Positions 1 through 8,544 of a stretch of 15,850 bases of DNA are shown in pieces; position 1 is the stretch's first letter, and each line of letters opens with the position of its first letter. The translations under genes and the position numbers were made by a program. Source of the DNA: Candidatus Hodarchaeota archaeon (GTDB lineage Archaea; Asgardarchaeota; Heimdallarchaeia; Hodarchaeales; Hodarchaeaceae); the NCBI GenBank assembly GCA_016839785.1, contig JAEOTQ010000042.1:1-15850 (forward strand), written 5' to 3'. Under the pieces are notes generated by a model. It was not told the DNA's origin and made no database searches. It was given only the letters and a program-made list of their open reading frames with translations.

Positions 1-368
1 CCTTTTCCTAATCTTTCTGTCGGCTTTAAAATCAATACTTGCTCCCAAGCGTTTGATAAGCCAATGCCTAGTTTTGCAAAGAAAGGAATCCCATAACCCA
101 CAGCAATCAACTGTTTTCTTCTCCCAGTTTTATCTGCAATATAACCTGAAAAAACTTTAACAATATTTGCTACAGCGTCACCTAATCCACCGATAAAACC
201 AATAACAACACTGGATCCTCCAAGTGCAACAATAAACAGAGGAAGTACAGGAGTCATCATTTCACCTGAAAGATCAGCAAAAAAAGACACTAAACCTAAA
301 AGAAGTACATTTCCAGTGAACCAAGCACGCGAGGAGGATTTTTTAGCAGCAAATTTTTCTTCTTTCAT
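1..368 (-). CDS. MFS transporter, N-terminal part (runs off the window start; absent from ORF track)
   Basis: Manual translation from ATG at 368 gives MKEEKF...NVLLLGLVSFFADLSGEMMTPVLPLFIVALGG...FSGYIADKTGRRK...ERLGK. It has hydrophobic helices and MFS motif A (GxxxDxxGRR). Confidence 0.9.
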   Translation of the reverse strand, partial: MKEEKFAAKKSSSRAWFTGNVLLLGLVSFFADLSGEMMTPVLPLFIVALGGSSVVIGFIGGLGDAVANIVKVFSGYIADKTGRRKQLIAVGYGIPFFAKLGIGLSNAWEQVLILKPTERLGK

Positions 369-554
369 TTGAATCGGCTCTTGTAGGCAATTATTGTGCA
401 GATACGATTGATTCGATATTGATTACTCTCCTATATTTTAACTAGTATCGTTCAAATATACAGCAAAGCATTCTCCCATTCAAACTGACTCGAGAAGGCA
501 AGTTTTTTCTCTTATGAAGATCAGATCGTAGCGTGTTGGATGTTGCAGGTTTGA

Positions 555-1496
555 GTGACTATGAAGGTTATAGTTGTAGGTAAACATGACTTTGCAGGAA
601 AGCTCTCTACCGAGATAGAAGGAGCGATTTTCATTGAAATCGATGAACGTATCTTTCCTGATGGCGAAGTTTGTCCTCGGTTGTTATTAGATAATCAGAA
701 CCCGATTGAAAATTCACACGTTATTATTGCAACGCAATTGGGATTTGATCAACCTATAAACCAGTACTTAGTTTCCTTACTTTTGACGATTTATAATGTT
801 AAACGACATGGAGCCACAAAAGTTACCTGTATTATGCCCTATCATATATATTCGAGGCAGGATCGTGAGACTCGCTTAGGTGAACCCTTCTCTAGCAAGT
901 ACCTTGCATCAATGCTCGAAACAGCTGGTATGGATGAGTATGTAACCATTAATTCCCACTCATATGGTAAGAATCCTCTCAGTGATTTCTTCTCTGAATC
1001 AAGATCTATCAGCCTCTCAGCAATTCCCTTGATAGCTAGGGCTGTAAAAATGACAAGTAATTCATCTGAGGATATTTTATGCTTTTCCCCAGATGAAGGA
1101 GCCCTAATGCTAGCTAAAGAAGCAGCGGAAGCAATTGATTCACCTTTCTATGGCGCAATCAGGAAGAGAAGAGATCCTAAAACTGGAAAGATCTCGCAAG
1201 AGATGATTGGAATCGATATCTCGCTGGAAAATAGACATATTTTAATTGTTGATGATCTAGTTAGTTCTGGAGGAACCATGGTAGGAGCAGCAAGAATATT
1301 TAAGCAACAGGGGGCAAAAGAAGTCTACTTGGGGTATATCCATGGTGTACATACAGTTGAAAAATTCGAAAAGTTAAAAAAAGAAGATATTCAAATATTT
1401 GTAACAACTAATAGCATAAAACAAGAAATTCCAGGCCTGACAACTGTTAGTGTTGTGAAATTGATCGCAGATTGGATAAATTCCAACCTCTCTTAG
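555..1496 (+). CDS. prs: Ribose-phosphate pyrophosphokinase (PRPP synthetase)
   Basis: Motifs FPDGE, PYxxYSRQDR, GEPFS, PDEGA and the PRPP-binding loop IVDDLVSSGGTM. The start may be ATG 561. Confidence 0.95.
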   Translation: MTMKVIVVGKHDFAGKLSTEIEGAIFIEIDERIFPDGEVCPRLLLDNQNPIENSHVIIATQLGFDQPINQYLVSLLLTIYNVKRHGATKVTCIMPYHIYSRQDRETRLGEPFSSKYLASMLETAGMDEYVTINSHSYGKNPLSDFFSESRSISLSAIPLIARAVKMTSNSSEDILCFSPDEGALMLAKEAAEAIDSPFYGAIRKRRDPKTGKISQEMIGIDISLENRHILIVDDLVSSGGTMVGAARIFKQQGAKEVYLGYIHGVHTVEKFEKLKKEDIQIFVTTNSIKQEIPGLTTVSVVKLIADWINSNLS

Positions 1497-1566
1497 TAAG
1501 AGCACTCCGAAAATATAATATGATTTCAAAGAACATCTGATTTATATTCAATGAAAAGGGCTTCAC

Positions 1567-2883
1567 TTGGATGCAGATATGGAAGAAAGTATCTACAAAA
1601 CGGTTACGGTTTTGAATTTTGGGTGTAGTGCAAATCGTGCAATTGCTGAGGGAATTTCAGGTACATTAAAGCAGAGCGGTTATAAAATTTCTACTACAGA
1701 CATAGATGCTGACTTTATAATTATTAATACATGTGTTGTAAAACAGAATACTGAACACAGGATGAAAGATCTTTTACTTTCGCTTCCTGATAGCCAAAAT
1801 GTGATAATTACAGGTTGTTTACCTGTAGTAATGCAAAAATGGATTGAACAGCATGTCCCGAGCGCTAGAATCCTTTATCCGGAGAATGCAAATGAAATTG
1901 TATCCCTGATCGAGAATCGCCCTGTAAATTCAAATTTTCGGCTTGATTCGCAAATATGGGAACAATTGTATTCGCATAAGCGAGTATTATTCAATCCGCT
2001 TATCACAACTGTGGAAATATCAAGAGGTTGTCTTGGAAATTGTAGTTATTGTATTGTGAAACATGCAAAAGGGCATTTACGTTCTAGAAATCCATTTTCC
2101 ATAATACATGAAGTCAGAGATTCAATTAAAGCTGGAAGTAAGGAAATATGGCTTACAGCTCAAGACACAGGAACATACGGGTGGGATCGTGATCCTAAAA
2201 CAACATTACCAGAACTAATTAGTGAACTTGTAAGTCTTCAAGGCCATTTTTATATTCGTATAGGAATGATGACTCCATATACAATGGAAAAGATCAAACA
2301 CTCATTAATTAAACAAATGAATAATTCTAAAGTGTTTTCTTTCTTGCATTTACCCATTCAATCGGGATCTAATACGATCCTCACTGAAATGAGACGAAAA
2401 GAGACTAGAGAGGGATTCATTGAGCTAGTTAAGGAATTGAAATCTAAGATCCCAAGGCTTGTACTATCAACAGATGTCATTGTAGGAGTCCCAGGAGAGA
2501 CTGAAGAAGATTTTAAATTATCAGAGTCCTTAATCAAACAGATTAAACCAACGATTGTCAATATTTCTAAATATACAGATCGTCCAGGAACTACAGCAGC
2601 AAAATTAAAATCCAAGATTCCCACGAAAATTAAATCCCAACGATCTAAGAGGTTAATGCAGCTCTGTCAAGAGATTTCAAAAGGAGAGTTACAATCGTGG
2701 ATCGGATGGACTGGCTCTGTGATAATTGATGACCAAGGTACAAAGAAAAATCAGTTAAAGGCACGAAACATGTCTTATCTACCAGTAATTATAAATAATT
2801 CACAAGAGCGACTAGGGACTTTTCAAACAGTGACAATTACAGATACGACAGTCAATTATCTGATGGGAACTATAAATGAGTAG
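1567..2883 (+). CDS. mtaB: MiaB-family radical-SAM tRNA methylthiotransferase, archaeal MtaB/CDKAL1 type (ms2t6A37)
   Basis: UPF0004 cysteines (FGCSAN, NTCVVK, TGCLP), radical SAM CxxxCxxC (GCLGNCSYC), EIWLTAQDTGTYG, HLPIQSGS, VGVPGETEEDF and a C-terminal TRAM-like region. The start may be ATG 1579. Confidence 0.9.
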   Translation: MDADMEESIYKTVTVLNFGCSANRAIAEGISGTLKQSGYKISTTDIDADFIIINTCVVKQNTEHRMKDLLLSLPDSQNVIITGCLPVVMQKWIEQHVPSARILYPENANEIVSLIENRPVNSNFRLDSQIWEQLYSHKRVLFNPLITTVEISRGCLGNCSYCIVKHAKGHLRSRNPFSIIHEVRDSIKAGSKEIWLTAQDTGTYGWDRDPKTTLPELISELVSLQGHFYIRIGMMTPYTMEKIKHSLIKQMNNSKVFSFLHLPIQSGSNTILTEMRRKETREGFIELVKELKSKIPRLVLSTDVIVGVPGETEEDFKLSESLIKQIKPTIVNISKYTDRPGTTAAKLKSKIPTKIKSQRSKRLMQLCQEISKGELQSWIGWTGSVIIDDQGTKKNQLKARNMSYLPVIINNSQERLGTFQTVTITDTTVNYLMGTINE

Positions 2884-2958
2884 CTCAAATGAAACATAAT
2901 AGAAGAAAGATCATGCGGGGGGAGGGGTTTGAACCCTCGAACGTCTATACGACTGGAT

Positions 2959-2976
2959 TTCTCATTCAATGTGGAT
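2959..2976 (-). other. tRNA-Leu intron 2 (18 nt, canonical 37/38)
   Basis: Central helix CTTA/TGAG with bulges AG|A and AA|A. Confidence 0.9.
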
Positions 2977-2992
2977 CTTAAGTCCAGCGCCT

Positions 2993-3047
2993 TTGGTCGG
3001 CGCCATGCGACAAACTAAAATGTCGTTTAGCCCACGTATAGCTGCCC
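2993..3047 (-). other. tRNA-Leu intron 1 (55 nt, position 21/22)
   Basis: BHB-type motif with central helix GGTC/GACC, bulges AA|G and AA|A, and intron helix GGC/GCC. Confidence 0.85.
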
Positions 3048-3208
3048 TTGACCTGGCTTGGCTACCCCCGCGAAGTAGGAAGGTAGGCTTTTCTGAAAAC
3101 AGGCAAAACACAGGTAGTAAAAAGAATTATCTATAGTTTGAGGATCATTTGGTATTAGCAGAAAATCGATAAGATCCCTATAGTCGTATTTAAATGGAGT
3201 AAATATAT

Positions 3209-3958
3209 TTGAATGATCGATCTATGGAAAAAGAAAATTCTAGAGTTTCAATTATACTTGTTGAGACATCTAAAGTTCAGAATATTGGAAGTATTGCTCG
3301 TGTAATGATGAACTTCGGCTTTACAAAACTTATCTTGATAAATCCAAAGGTAAATTTGGCTGATCCTGAAATAGAGATTGTTGCTCGCAAGGCCATTCAT
3401 ATTATCGAACAGGCGGAAGTTATCATTTCAGGACTATCAGAACTTAGAAACAAATTTCCTCTACTAGTAGGAACCACTGCCCGAGTGGGGAGTGATTACA
3501 ATCTAAACCGCGTTGCTATAACTCCAGAAGAGCTTTTTACAGATGATCTCCCCATTGAAAAAGTGGGTCTTGTGTTCGGAAGAGAACAACATGGTTTAAC
3601 AAATAATGAGATTGATTTATGTGATCTGGTATTAACAATTCCCTCTCATTCTACGTATCCAGTGATGAACTTATCACACGCACTGGCAATAATACTCTAT
3701 GAAATAAGGAAAATTGTGAAATTAAATGAATCTACTCAATCATTACGGAAACCTAAACATAGAGGAGCAAACTACAATGAGCGAGAACAGCTGAAAAAAT
3801 ACTTTAATCAACTTATAATGAAAATTAACTATCATCCCGAAAAACTAAAGGTTGCAAATCAAGCATTTTCAAATATCCTTTCACGTGGATATATTACAGG
3901 ACGAGAAGTTACAACATTGATGGGTGTATTGAAATGGATTGAATTACAACTCAAATAA
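3209..3958 (+). CDS. trmJ: SPOUT tRNA (C32/U32) 2'-O-methyltransferase, TrmJ/LasT family
   Basis: Motifs NIGSIARVMMNFG, GTTAR, LVFGREQHGLTN and IPSxxxYPVMNLSHA. The start may be ATG 3224. Confidence 0.9.
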   Translation: MNDRSMEKENSRVSIILVETSKVQNIGSIARVMMNFGFTKLILINPKVNLADPEIEIVARKAIHIIEQAEVIISGLSELRNKFPLLVGTTARVGSDYNLNRVAITPEELFTDDLPIEKVGLVFGREQHGLTNNEIDLCDLVLTIPSHSTYPVMNLSHALAIILYEIRKIVKLNESTQSLRKPKHRGANYNEREQLKKYFNQLIMKINYHPEKLKVANQAFSNILSRGYITGREVTTLMGVLKWIELQLK

Positions 3959-4086
3959 TCAGGTAGGATAGCAACTTAACCAAAACCAATAGGAATATGT
4001 GTTATAATAGGAAAATACTTTGAGAGGTAAAATACAAATAACTACCTATTAATGAGCTATTTACGCAGTAAAAGCATCGGAACTGC

Positions 4087-4103
4087 GGAAAAAAATTATA
4101 ATC
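4087..4103 (+). promoter_or_regulatory. BRE/TATA promoter of tRNA-Gly
   Basis: Purine run GGAAAAAAA followed by TTATAATC, which begins 26 nt upstream of the tRNA 5' end. Confidence 0.65.
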
Positions 4104-4121
4104 TTGAAAAATATGACGACA

Positions 4122-4194
4122 GCGCCGATAGTCCAGCCTGGTAAGACTCCTGTCTGCCACACAGGTGACCTGGGTTCAAATCCCGGTCGGCGCA
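4122..4194 (+). tRNA. tRNA-Gly(GCC), intronless
   Basis: Acceptor GCGCCGA/TCGGCGC, anticodon arm CCTGT-CTGCCAC-ACAGG (GCC at 4156-4158), T arm CTGGG-TTCAAAT-CCCGG. Confidence 0.96.
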
Positions 4195-4212
4195 TTTTCT
4201 TTTCCTTTCTTT
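4195..4212 (+). terminator. T-rich archaeal terminator after tRNA-Gly
   Basis: TTTTCTTTTCCTTTCTTT lies immediately after the discriminator base. Confidence 0.55.
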
Positions 4213-4226
4213 GTATCGTCTAGTTG

Positions 4227-5228
4227 TTATTTGTGATTTTGTTGGATTGAATCCCATCCATATAATGGAATTCTTACATCCTCATTATTTTTTCTGTAAA
4301 ATACTCCCTCTCCTGAATAGCATTGCCCAATGATTATACATTTGTTATTATTGCGCTTAAATACATCCAAAGTTTCATCCAACTTTGAGGAAGGAATGGT
4401 AAAAACTAGTTCGAACTCTTCCCCTCCAAAAAAAGTCATATCCTGAACAAGCTCATCGGAAAAATTGTATTCTAGAAGAGCTGGTTCAGTAGGGAGATGA
4501 TCTACAATAATTTTAATGTTTGACTCTTTAGACAACCAATTTAACGCGGAGGCTAATCCATCAGAACTATCAATTGATGCAGAAGCTAGTTCACTTGAAC
4601 ATAAAATTGTTCCTTCTTGGAGTCGTAATTCAGGATCATATACATCGTTAATAGCAGACTCAAGAAGGTGAGAAGAAATAGTTTGAGATTTATACTTTGC
4701 TGTATCCAGTAAATAGTCAAATGCAATTGCTGTAAGACCAAAATATCCAGTAACACAGATTAAATCCCCTTTTTGAGCATTTCTTCTAGTTAAAAGTTCT
4801 CCTTGTTTAATCGTACCTATTCCAATCCCAGTTAATACTGTTTCAGATGCGGAACCCAAATCTCCTCCCAAATAAGATGCATTATATGCAAGAGTAGCTT
4901 GTTGAATACCACTAGCGAGCTCTTTGAGATTTTCCTCTGACATCTCATCCTCAAGAACCAAAGCAGATAGAAATTTCTCAGGAGAGGCTCCTTTAGCTAC
5001 TAAATCTGAAAAAGTCATGGTAACCAATTTTCCCCCAATTTGAGTCCAGGTTTGGTTTGGTAAGAAGTCTCCATCCCGCTGCATACTATCAATATTAATT
5101 AGCATGTATGGTGGTTGATCTCTAATCAGATATGCATCTTCATTACTCCCCATAAACGGAGAAGAGACAAGATATGATTGTAGAAGATGAATGACATCTG
5201 ATTCCTTAATATCCTTCAAAATCCGCAT
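4227..5228 (-). CDS. thiL: Thiamine-monophosphate kinase
   Basis: PurM-like family motifs EDA, NIDSM, SDLVAKGA, GGDL, DSSDGL and GGEEFELVFT. Confidence 0.92.
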   Translation of the reverse strand: MRILKDIKESDVIHLLQSYLVSSPFMGSNEDAYLIRDQPPYMLINIDSMQRDGDFLPNQTWTQIGGKLVTMTFSDLVAKGASPEKFLSALVLEDEMSEENLKELASGIQQATLAYNASYLGGDLGSASETVLTGIGIGTIKQGELLTRRNAQKGDLICVTGYFGLTAIAFDYLLDTAKYKSQTISSHLLESAINDVYDPELRLQEGTILCSSELASASIDSSDGLASALNWLSKESNIKIIVDHLPTEPALLEYNFSDELVQDMTFFGGEEFELVFTIPSSKLDETLDVFKRNNNKCIIIGQCYSGEGVFYRKNNEDVRIPLYGWDSIQQNHK

Positions 5229-5295
5229 AATAGCTTACATTCTCGTTCCAGTATTTTTATTTTCTTAATCCTTATTCTGTCAAAATGACTGGAAA

Positions 5296-6411
5296 ATGAG
5301 TGAAGTAGTTGATAACTCAAAGGCAAAGACGCGTGCTTTCTTTTCCCCAATTATATTTGTAGTAATAATAGCTATCATTTTATCTGGAATGACATTAAGT
5401 TATTATGGAAATCCAGAGACACCAGACGAACCTGATGATATATCTCCTTATCCTGAAAACCCTGATGATCCTGGAGGAATAGCTCAAGGAGCAATATCCA
5501 CTATGTTATTTTATGTTGCCATAGTATTCATCAGTGGATTTATTGTGCTAATAATAATCAAGAAAGGTCTAATACATTTATTATCATACTTCTATGCTGC
5601 AATTATGGGAATAAGTTGGTTTACATTCGGAATGTTTTATGGAAGTATAATATTAACTCACTCGGTAGGAATTATCAACGCCGTATGGGATAACATACCA
5701 AGGATGATTCAGAATTTTCTCAGTTTCCTGTTTGAGACCGAAGTAACCTTACCCTTTTCAGGGAACTTTGTTGTTATTGTATTGATTTGGTATATAATAG
5801 CTGCTCTTCTTGGGGTAATTGGAACAATCTCATTTGGAATCAAATCCTTCAAGAGAATCTGGGTTCGAAATGTGATGATGGTGTTTTTTGGACCAATGAT
5901 CGGTTCTATGCTTGCTATCCATTTTGGGTTGCTTACAGTCTTTTTAATATTAATTGGTTTATCATTATATGATATCTATGCAGTTTTTCGTGGCCCCCTC
6001 AAGGGTATAATCGATGAAAGTCGCGAATCAGTTAAAGAAGTTGAACTTCAGGTAGAAGAACAAGAGTATGACATGAGTGAATTGGAATTAGTACCCCTAA
6101 TGCCAGCATTACCAGTCTATTCAACACCATTAATTAATATCGGACTCGGTGATTTCGCTTTTTTTAGTATGTTTGTTAGTGCGGCTGTCGTCATTAGCGC
6201 AGAATTAAATACGCTAATACCATTGGTTATGGCAGTTACCGGGCTTTTAGGAGGAGCATACTACACGTTCCAATATTTAAAAGAAGAACGAGCATTACCA
6301 GGTCTTCCCTTGCCAATTTTTGGTGGAATTGGATTCCTCACTTTAGGTGTAATATTTGTTTTAGTCTTTGGGGGAACCTCATTAGAGACTATTCTAAGCT
6401 TATTTGGTTGA
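5296..6411 (+). CDS. Presenilin-like GxGD intramembrane aspartyl protease (peptidase A22)
   Basis: Multiple TM helices, catalytic YD (LSLYDIYAVFRGPLK), GLGDF, and C-terminal ALPGLP at the PAL motif position. Confidence 0.92.
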   Translation: MSEVVDNSKAKTRAFFSPIIFVVIIAIILSGMTLSYYGNPETPDEPDDISPYPENPDDPGGIAQGAISTMLFYVAIVFISGFIVLIIIKKGLIHLLSYFYAAIMGISWFTFGMFYGSIILTHSVGIINAVWDNIPRMIQNFLSFLFETEVTLPFSGNFVVIVLIWYIIAALLGVIGTISFGIKSFKRIWVRNVMMVFFGPMIGSMLAIHFGLLTVFLILIGLSLYDIYAVFRGPLKGIIDESRESVKEVELQVEEQEYDMSELELVPLMPALPVYSTPLINIGLGDFAFFSMFVSAAVVISAELNTLIPLVMAVTGLLGGAYYTFQYLKEERALPGLPLPIFGGIGFLTLGVIFVLVFGGTSLETILSLFG

Positions 6412-6521
6412 ATTCAGAAGTCAAATACAGGATTATTGACTATAAAAGCCAACATTACAGAAAAAAAGAAGAGAAAGGCATTAAAATCTGAATGAGTATT
6501 AAAAAAAAGAATAAACGAAGT

Positions 6522-6809
6522 TTACATGGCGACTAGGGCTTCACGCTCAAGTTGAACTAAGTATTCATTGATCTTAGTCTCAATATCGATACCCAGTTGA
6601 CCCGCAAGGATAATAGAGTTTAAGAAGACAGTAAGAATCTCATCAGCAACTTGCTCATTGTTCAATAAGGTAGGATCCATCGCTTTCTTTAATGAAGCAA
6701 CTAATTCAGGGTTGAAAAAAGGGGACTTGGTATTATAACTGCCAGTAAAGTGATTGAGAAGGGTTTTCACTCGATCTTGTATTTCACTCACACTCATGTA
6801 ATATTGCAT
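6522..6809 (-). CDS. Small MazG-like (all-alpha NTP-PPase fold) protein with degenerate metal-binding motif
   Basis: The C-terminal DEILTVFLNSIILAGQLGIDIETKINEYLVQLERE resembles the MazG-like EELADVLxYLLxLAxxLGIDLE pattern. Start moved from the track's TTG 6842 to ATG 6809, which has a GGTGA SD-like site upstream. Confidence 0.6.
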   Translation of the reverse strand: MQYYMSVSEIQDRVKTLLNHFTGSYNTKSPFFNPELVASLKKAMDPTLLNNEQVADEILTVFLNSIILAGQLGIDIETKINEYLVQLEREALVAM

Positions 6810-6852
6810 ACGGGTATCACCATTTAGGAATTTGTATTTCAAGACTAATTAT

Positions 6853-6880
6853 GAAATTAATAATATATTAAGCTTTTCTG
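6853..6880. promoter_or_regulatory. Probable divergent BRE/TATA region
   Basis: The minus strand reads CAGAAAAGC-TTAATATA, upstream of the MazG-like gene. The plus strand reads GAAATTAA-TAATATAT, about 30 nt before the 6895 structured element. Confidence 0.5.
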
Positions 6881-6894
6881 GAAATAGATAGAAA

Positions 6895-7156
6895 GGAAAT
6901 ACTCGGGTTCCTACATCCTTAAACCGAAAGATTCGGAATTTTGTCGAATTTTCTGCATTCTCGACTGGAAACAACCGGGGGAGGGTGTTTGTATCTTCCG
7001 ACTTTATTCACCTTTCACTTCATACTCCTCAATCCCGCTCTTAAATAGAAACAGAGTGTTATCTCCAAATAGAAATAGGAAAATTATAATTTTAGTCGGC
7101 TAAAGATGGAGATTTTAAGGTGCTTTTTCTAACCCTCTTAGGAGATATACATTTCC
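6895..7156 (+). ncRNA. Candidate pseudoknotted structured ncRNA (unassigned)
   Basis: ORF-free segment with at least 8 compatible helices found by eye, end-to-end pairing and two pseudoknots. G-U pairs favour the plus strand (see findings). Confidence 0.5.
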
Positions 7157-7239
7157 GATTAAATTTCTGATTCTACCTCATGAGAGAATTTGATTAAGTC
7201 AGTTTTGTAGGTTTGAATGTTTTACGTCATTTGGAATTT

Positions 7240-8337
7240 TTAATAAAGCGATCGAGCAAAATGAAATAATTTGGTTTCAAACTGTGGAGTATATCTCTTA
7301 ACCATAGAAATAACTATATATAACTCATCTGCTTGCAAATCAGCTCTAAAAGTTTGTATTTCTTCTCTACCTATTTCTTCTTGTTCACACAGCTCTATGA
7401 GTTGTGCAGTCTTTGCTAGTAGTTTGTTTACATAATCATGAATTACCGTTTTTTGTGTTTCACTGGGAGCAATTTTGAGAGTGTGAATCAGGTTTCCCAA
7501 CGAAGGTAATTCTCGTGATTTTTTAATTATTTTTCGTGAATGGATATTTACATTGGTAATGTTTTTGTATTTTTTCAAAAAGTTCACTTGGGGAGAACAG
7601 ATTAGGAGATCTTTCTTTTTCGGATCTACATACGATAAAGCATATTCTACTGCAAGGAGTCTATGAGGTACAAGTAATTTCATCGAGTTTATTACTTTAT
7701 CTACAATCTCTTTTACGTTTCCAAGAATGAGAATAGGTTCTTCCATTAAAAGAGAATATATTACTTTCTCAATTCCATCTTGAAAATACTCTAATAGAAA
7801 ATTTAAGGTTTCCTGATTAGGATCCTCAAATACTATTGTTTCTGTCGAGGGTAAAGGAGGCGAGATTTCAAAATCTGGAGTTTTCAATGCTAAAAGGGAT
7901 TCCAAGATACTTTTTACTTCATTATCTATTTTTGATACTTCTTTTGTATATATATACCGATCTTGGATATGAGTTACTGAATCCAACACTTTCTTCTGTA
8001 TCTCAGGAAGGGATCTATAGAAATTTATTGCCGCAGAGCTATCTTGTGCAAAAGTAATTGTAGCGTACATATTTTCGGATTCAGGATCCTTACTCTGTAT
8101 TCTGAACATATAATATAAGGCTATTCTATCAAAGCTGGGGAGAGGAAGTAGTGCATATTTGGCTTCAAGATCAGATTTGTCCTCTAAAGCTCCAATCGCT
8201 ACATAAGATTTCATCACTATCTTTCTGCTAATTTCATGAGAACTTATTGTTGAATAAAGAATGATTGGTCCTTTTTGGGGATCAAAAATTGAAAATAGAA
8301 CATCATTTTGCACGATATCGACCTTCATTGGACTCAT
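7240..8337 (-). CDS. DENN-like protein (uDENN/longin + cDENN), eukaryotic-signature type
   Basis: N-terminal LFSIFDPQKGPIILYS matches the uDENN/longin hairpin seen in NPRL2/AVL9-like proteins. Central LEYFQDGIEKVIYSLLMEEPILILG...VINSMKLLVP matches the cDENN pattern. The C-terminus is helical. Confidence 0.7.
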   Translation of the reverse strand: MSPMKVDIVQNDVLFSIFDPQKGPIILYSTISSHEISRKIVMKSYVAIGALEDKSDLEAKYALLPLPSFDRIALYYMFRIQSKDPESENMYATITFAQDSSAAINFYRSLPEIQKKVLDSVTHIQDRYIYTKEVSKIDNEVKSILESLLALKTPDFEISPPLPSTETIVFEDPNQETLNFLLEYFQDGIEKVIYSLLMEEPILILGNVKEIVDKVINSMKLLVPHRLLAVEYALSYVDPKKKDLLICSPQVNFLKKYKNITNVNIHSRKIIKKSRELPSLGNLIHTLKIAPSETQKTVIHDYVNKLLAKTAQLIELCEQEEIGREEIQTFRADLQADELYIVISMVKRYTPQFETKLFHFARSLY

Positions 8338-8544
8338 TGTAACGATTATGAAATTACAAAGCGTTGCTATATTTTAACTATTTCATTCAAACACTTACGA
8401 TTTTTGAACATTCGAAAAAATTCACTGATTTGAAATTGGGAGAAATGAATGTTTATCGTGATTAATCTCAATTTTCTGGTATTGAGTATGGTGAGTTGGA
8501 GAATAAGCTTACTCAATCTCGTGAGTATTAAGGATTAACTTACT

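Larger units (their letters stand above)
2914..3071 (-). tRNA. tRNA-Leu(TAA) with two introns (21/22 and 37/38)
   Basis: Spliced sequence GCGGGGG TA GCC AAGCCAGGTCAA|A GGC G CTGGA CTTAAG|A TCCAG TCGTATAGACGTTC GAGGG TTCAAAC CCCTC CCCCCGC A. Anticodon at 2980-2978, long variable arm, CCA not encoded. Confidence 0.93.

Noticed and set aside
2358-2624. 88-aa minus-strand ORF
   Set aside because: Antisense shadow inside mtaB with no recognisable motifs.
5787-5972. 61-aa alternative-frame ORF
   Set aside because: Lies within the presenilin CDS and has no independent support.
6990-7115. Group I intron core (P3/P7-like pairings with GACT/AGTC)
   Set aside because: There is no room for a P4-P6 domain between the putative P3 and P7 strands, and no interrupted host gene.
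7836-8057. 73-aa plus-strand ORF
   Set aside because: Antisense to the DENN-like gene.
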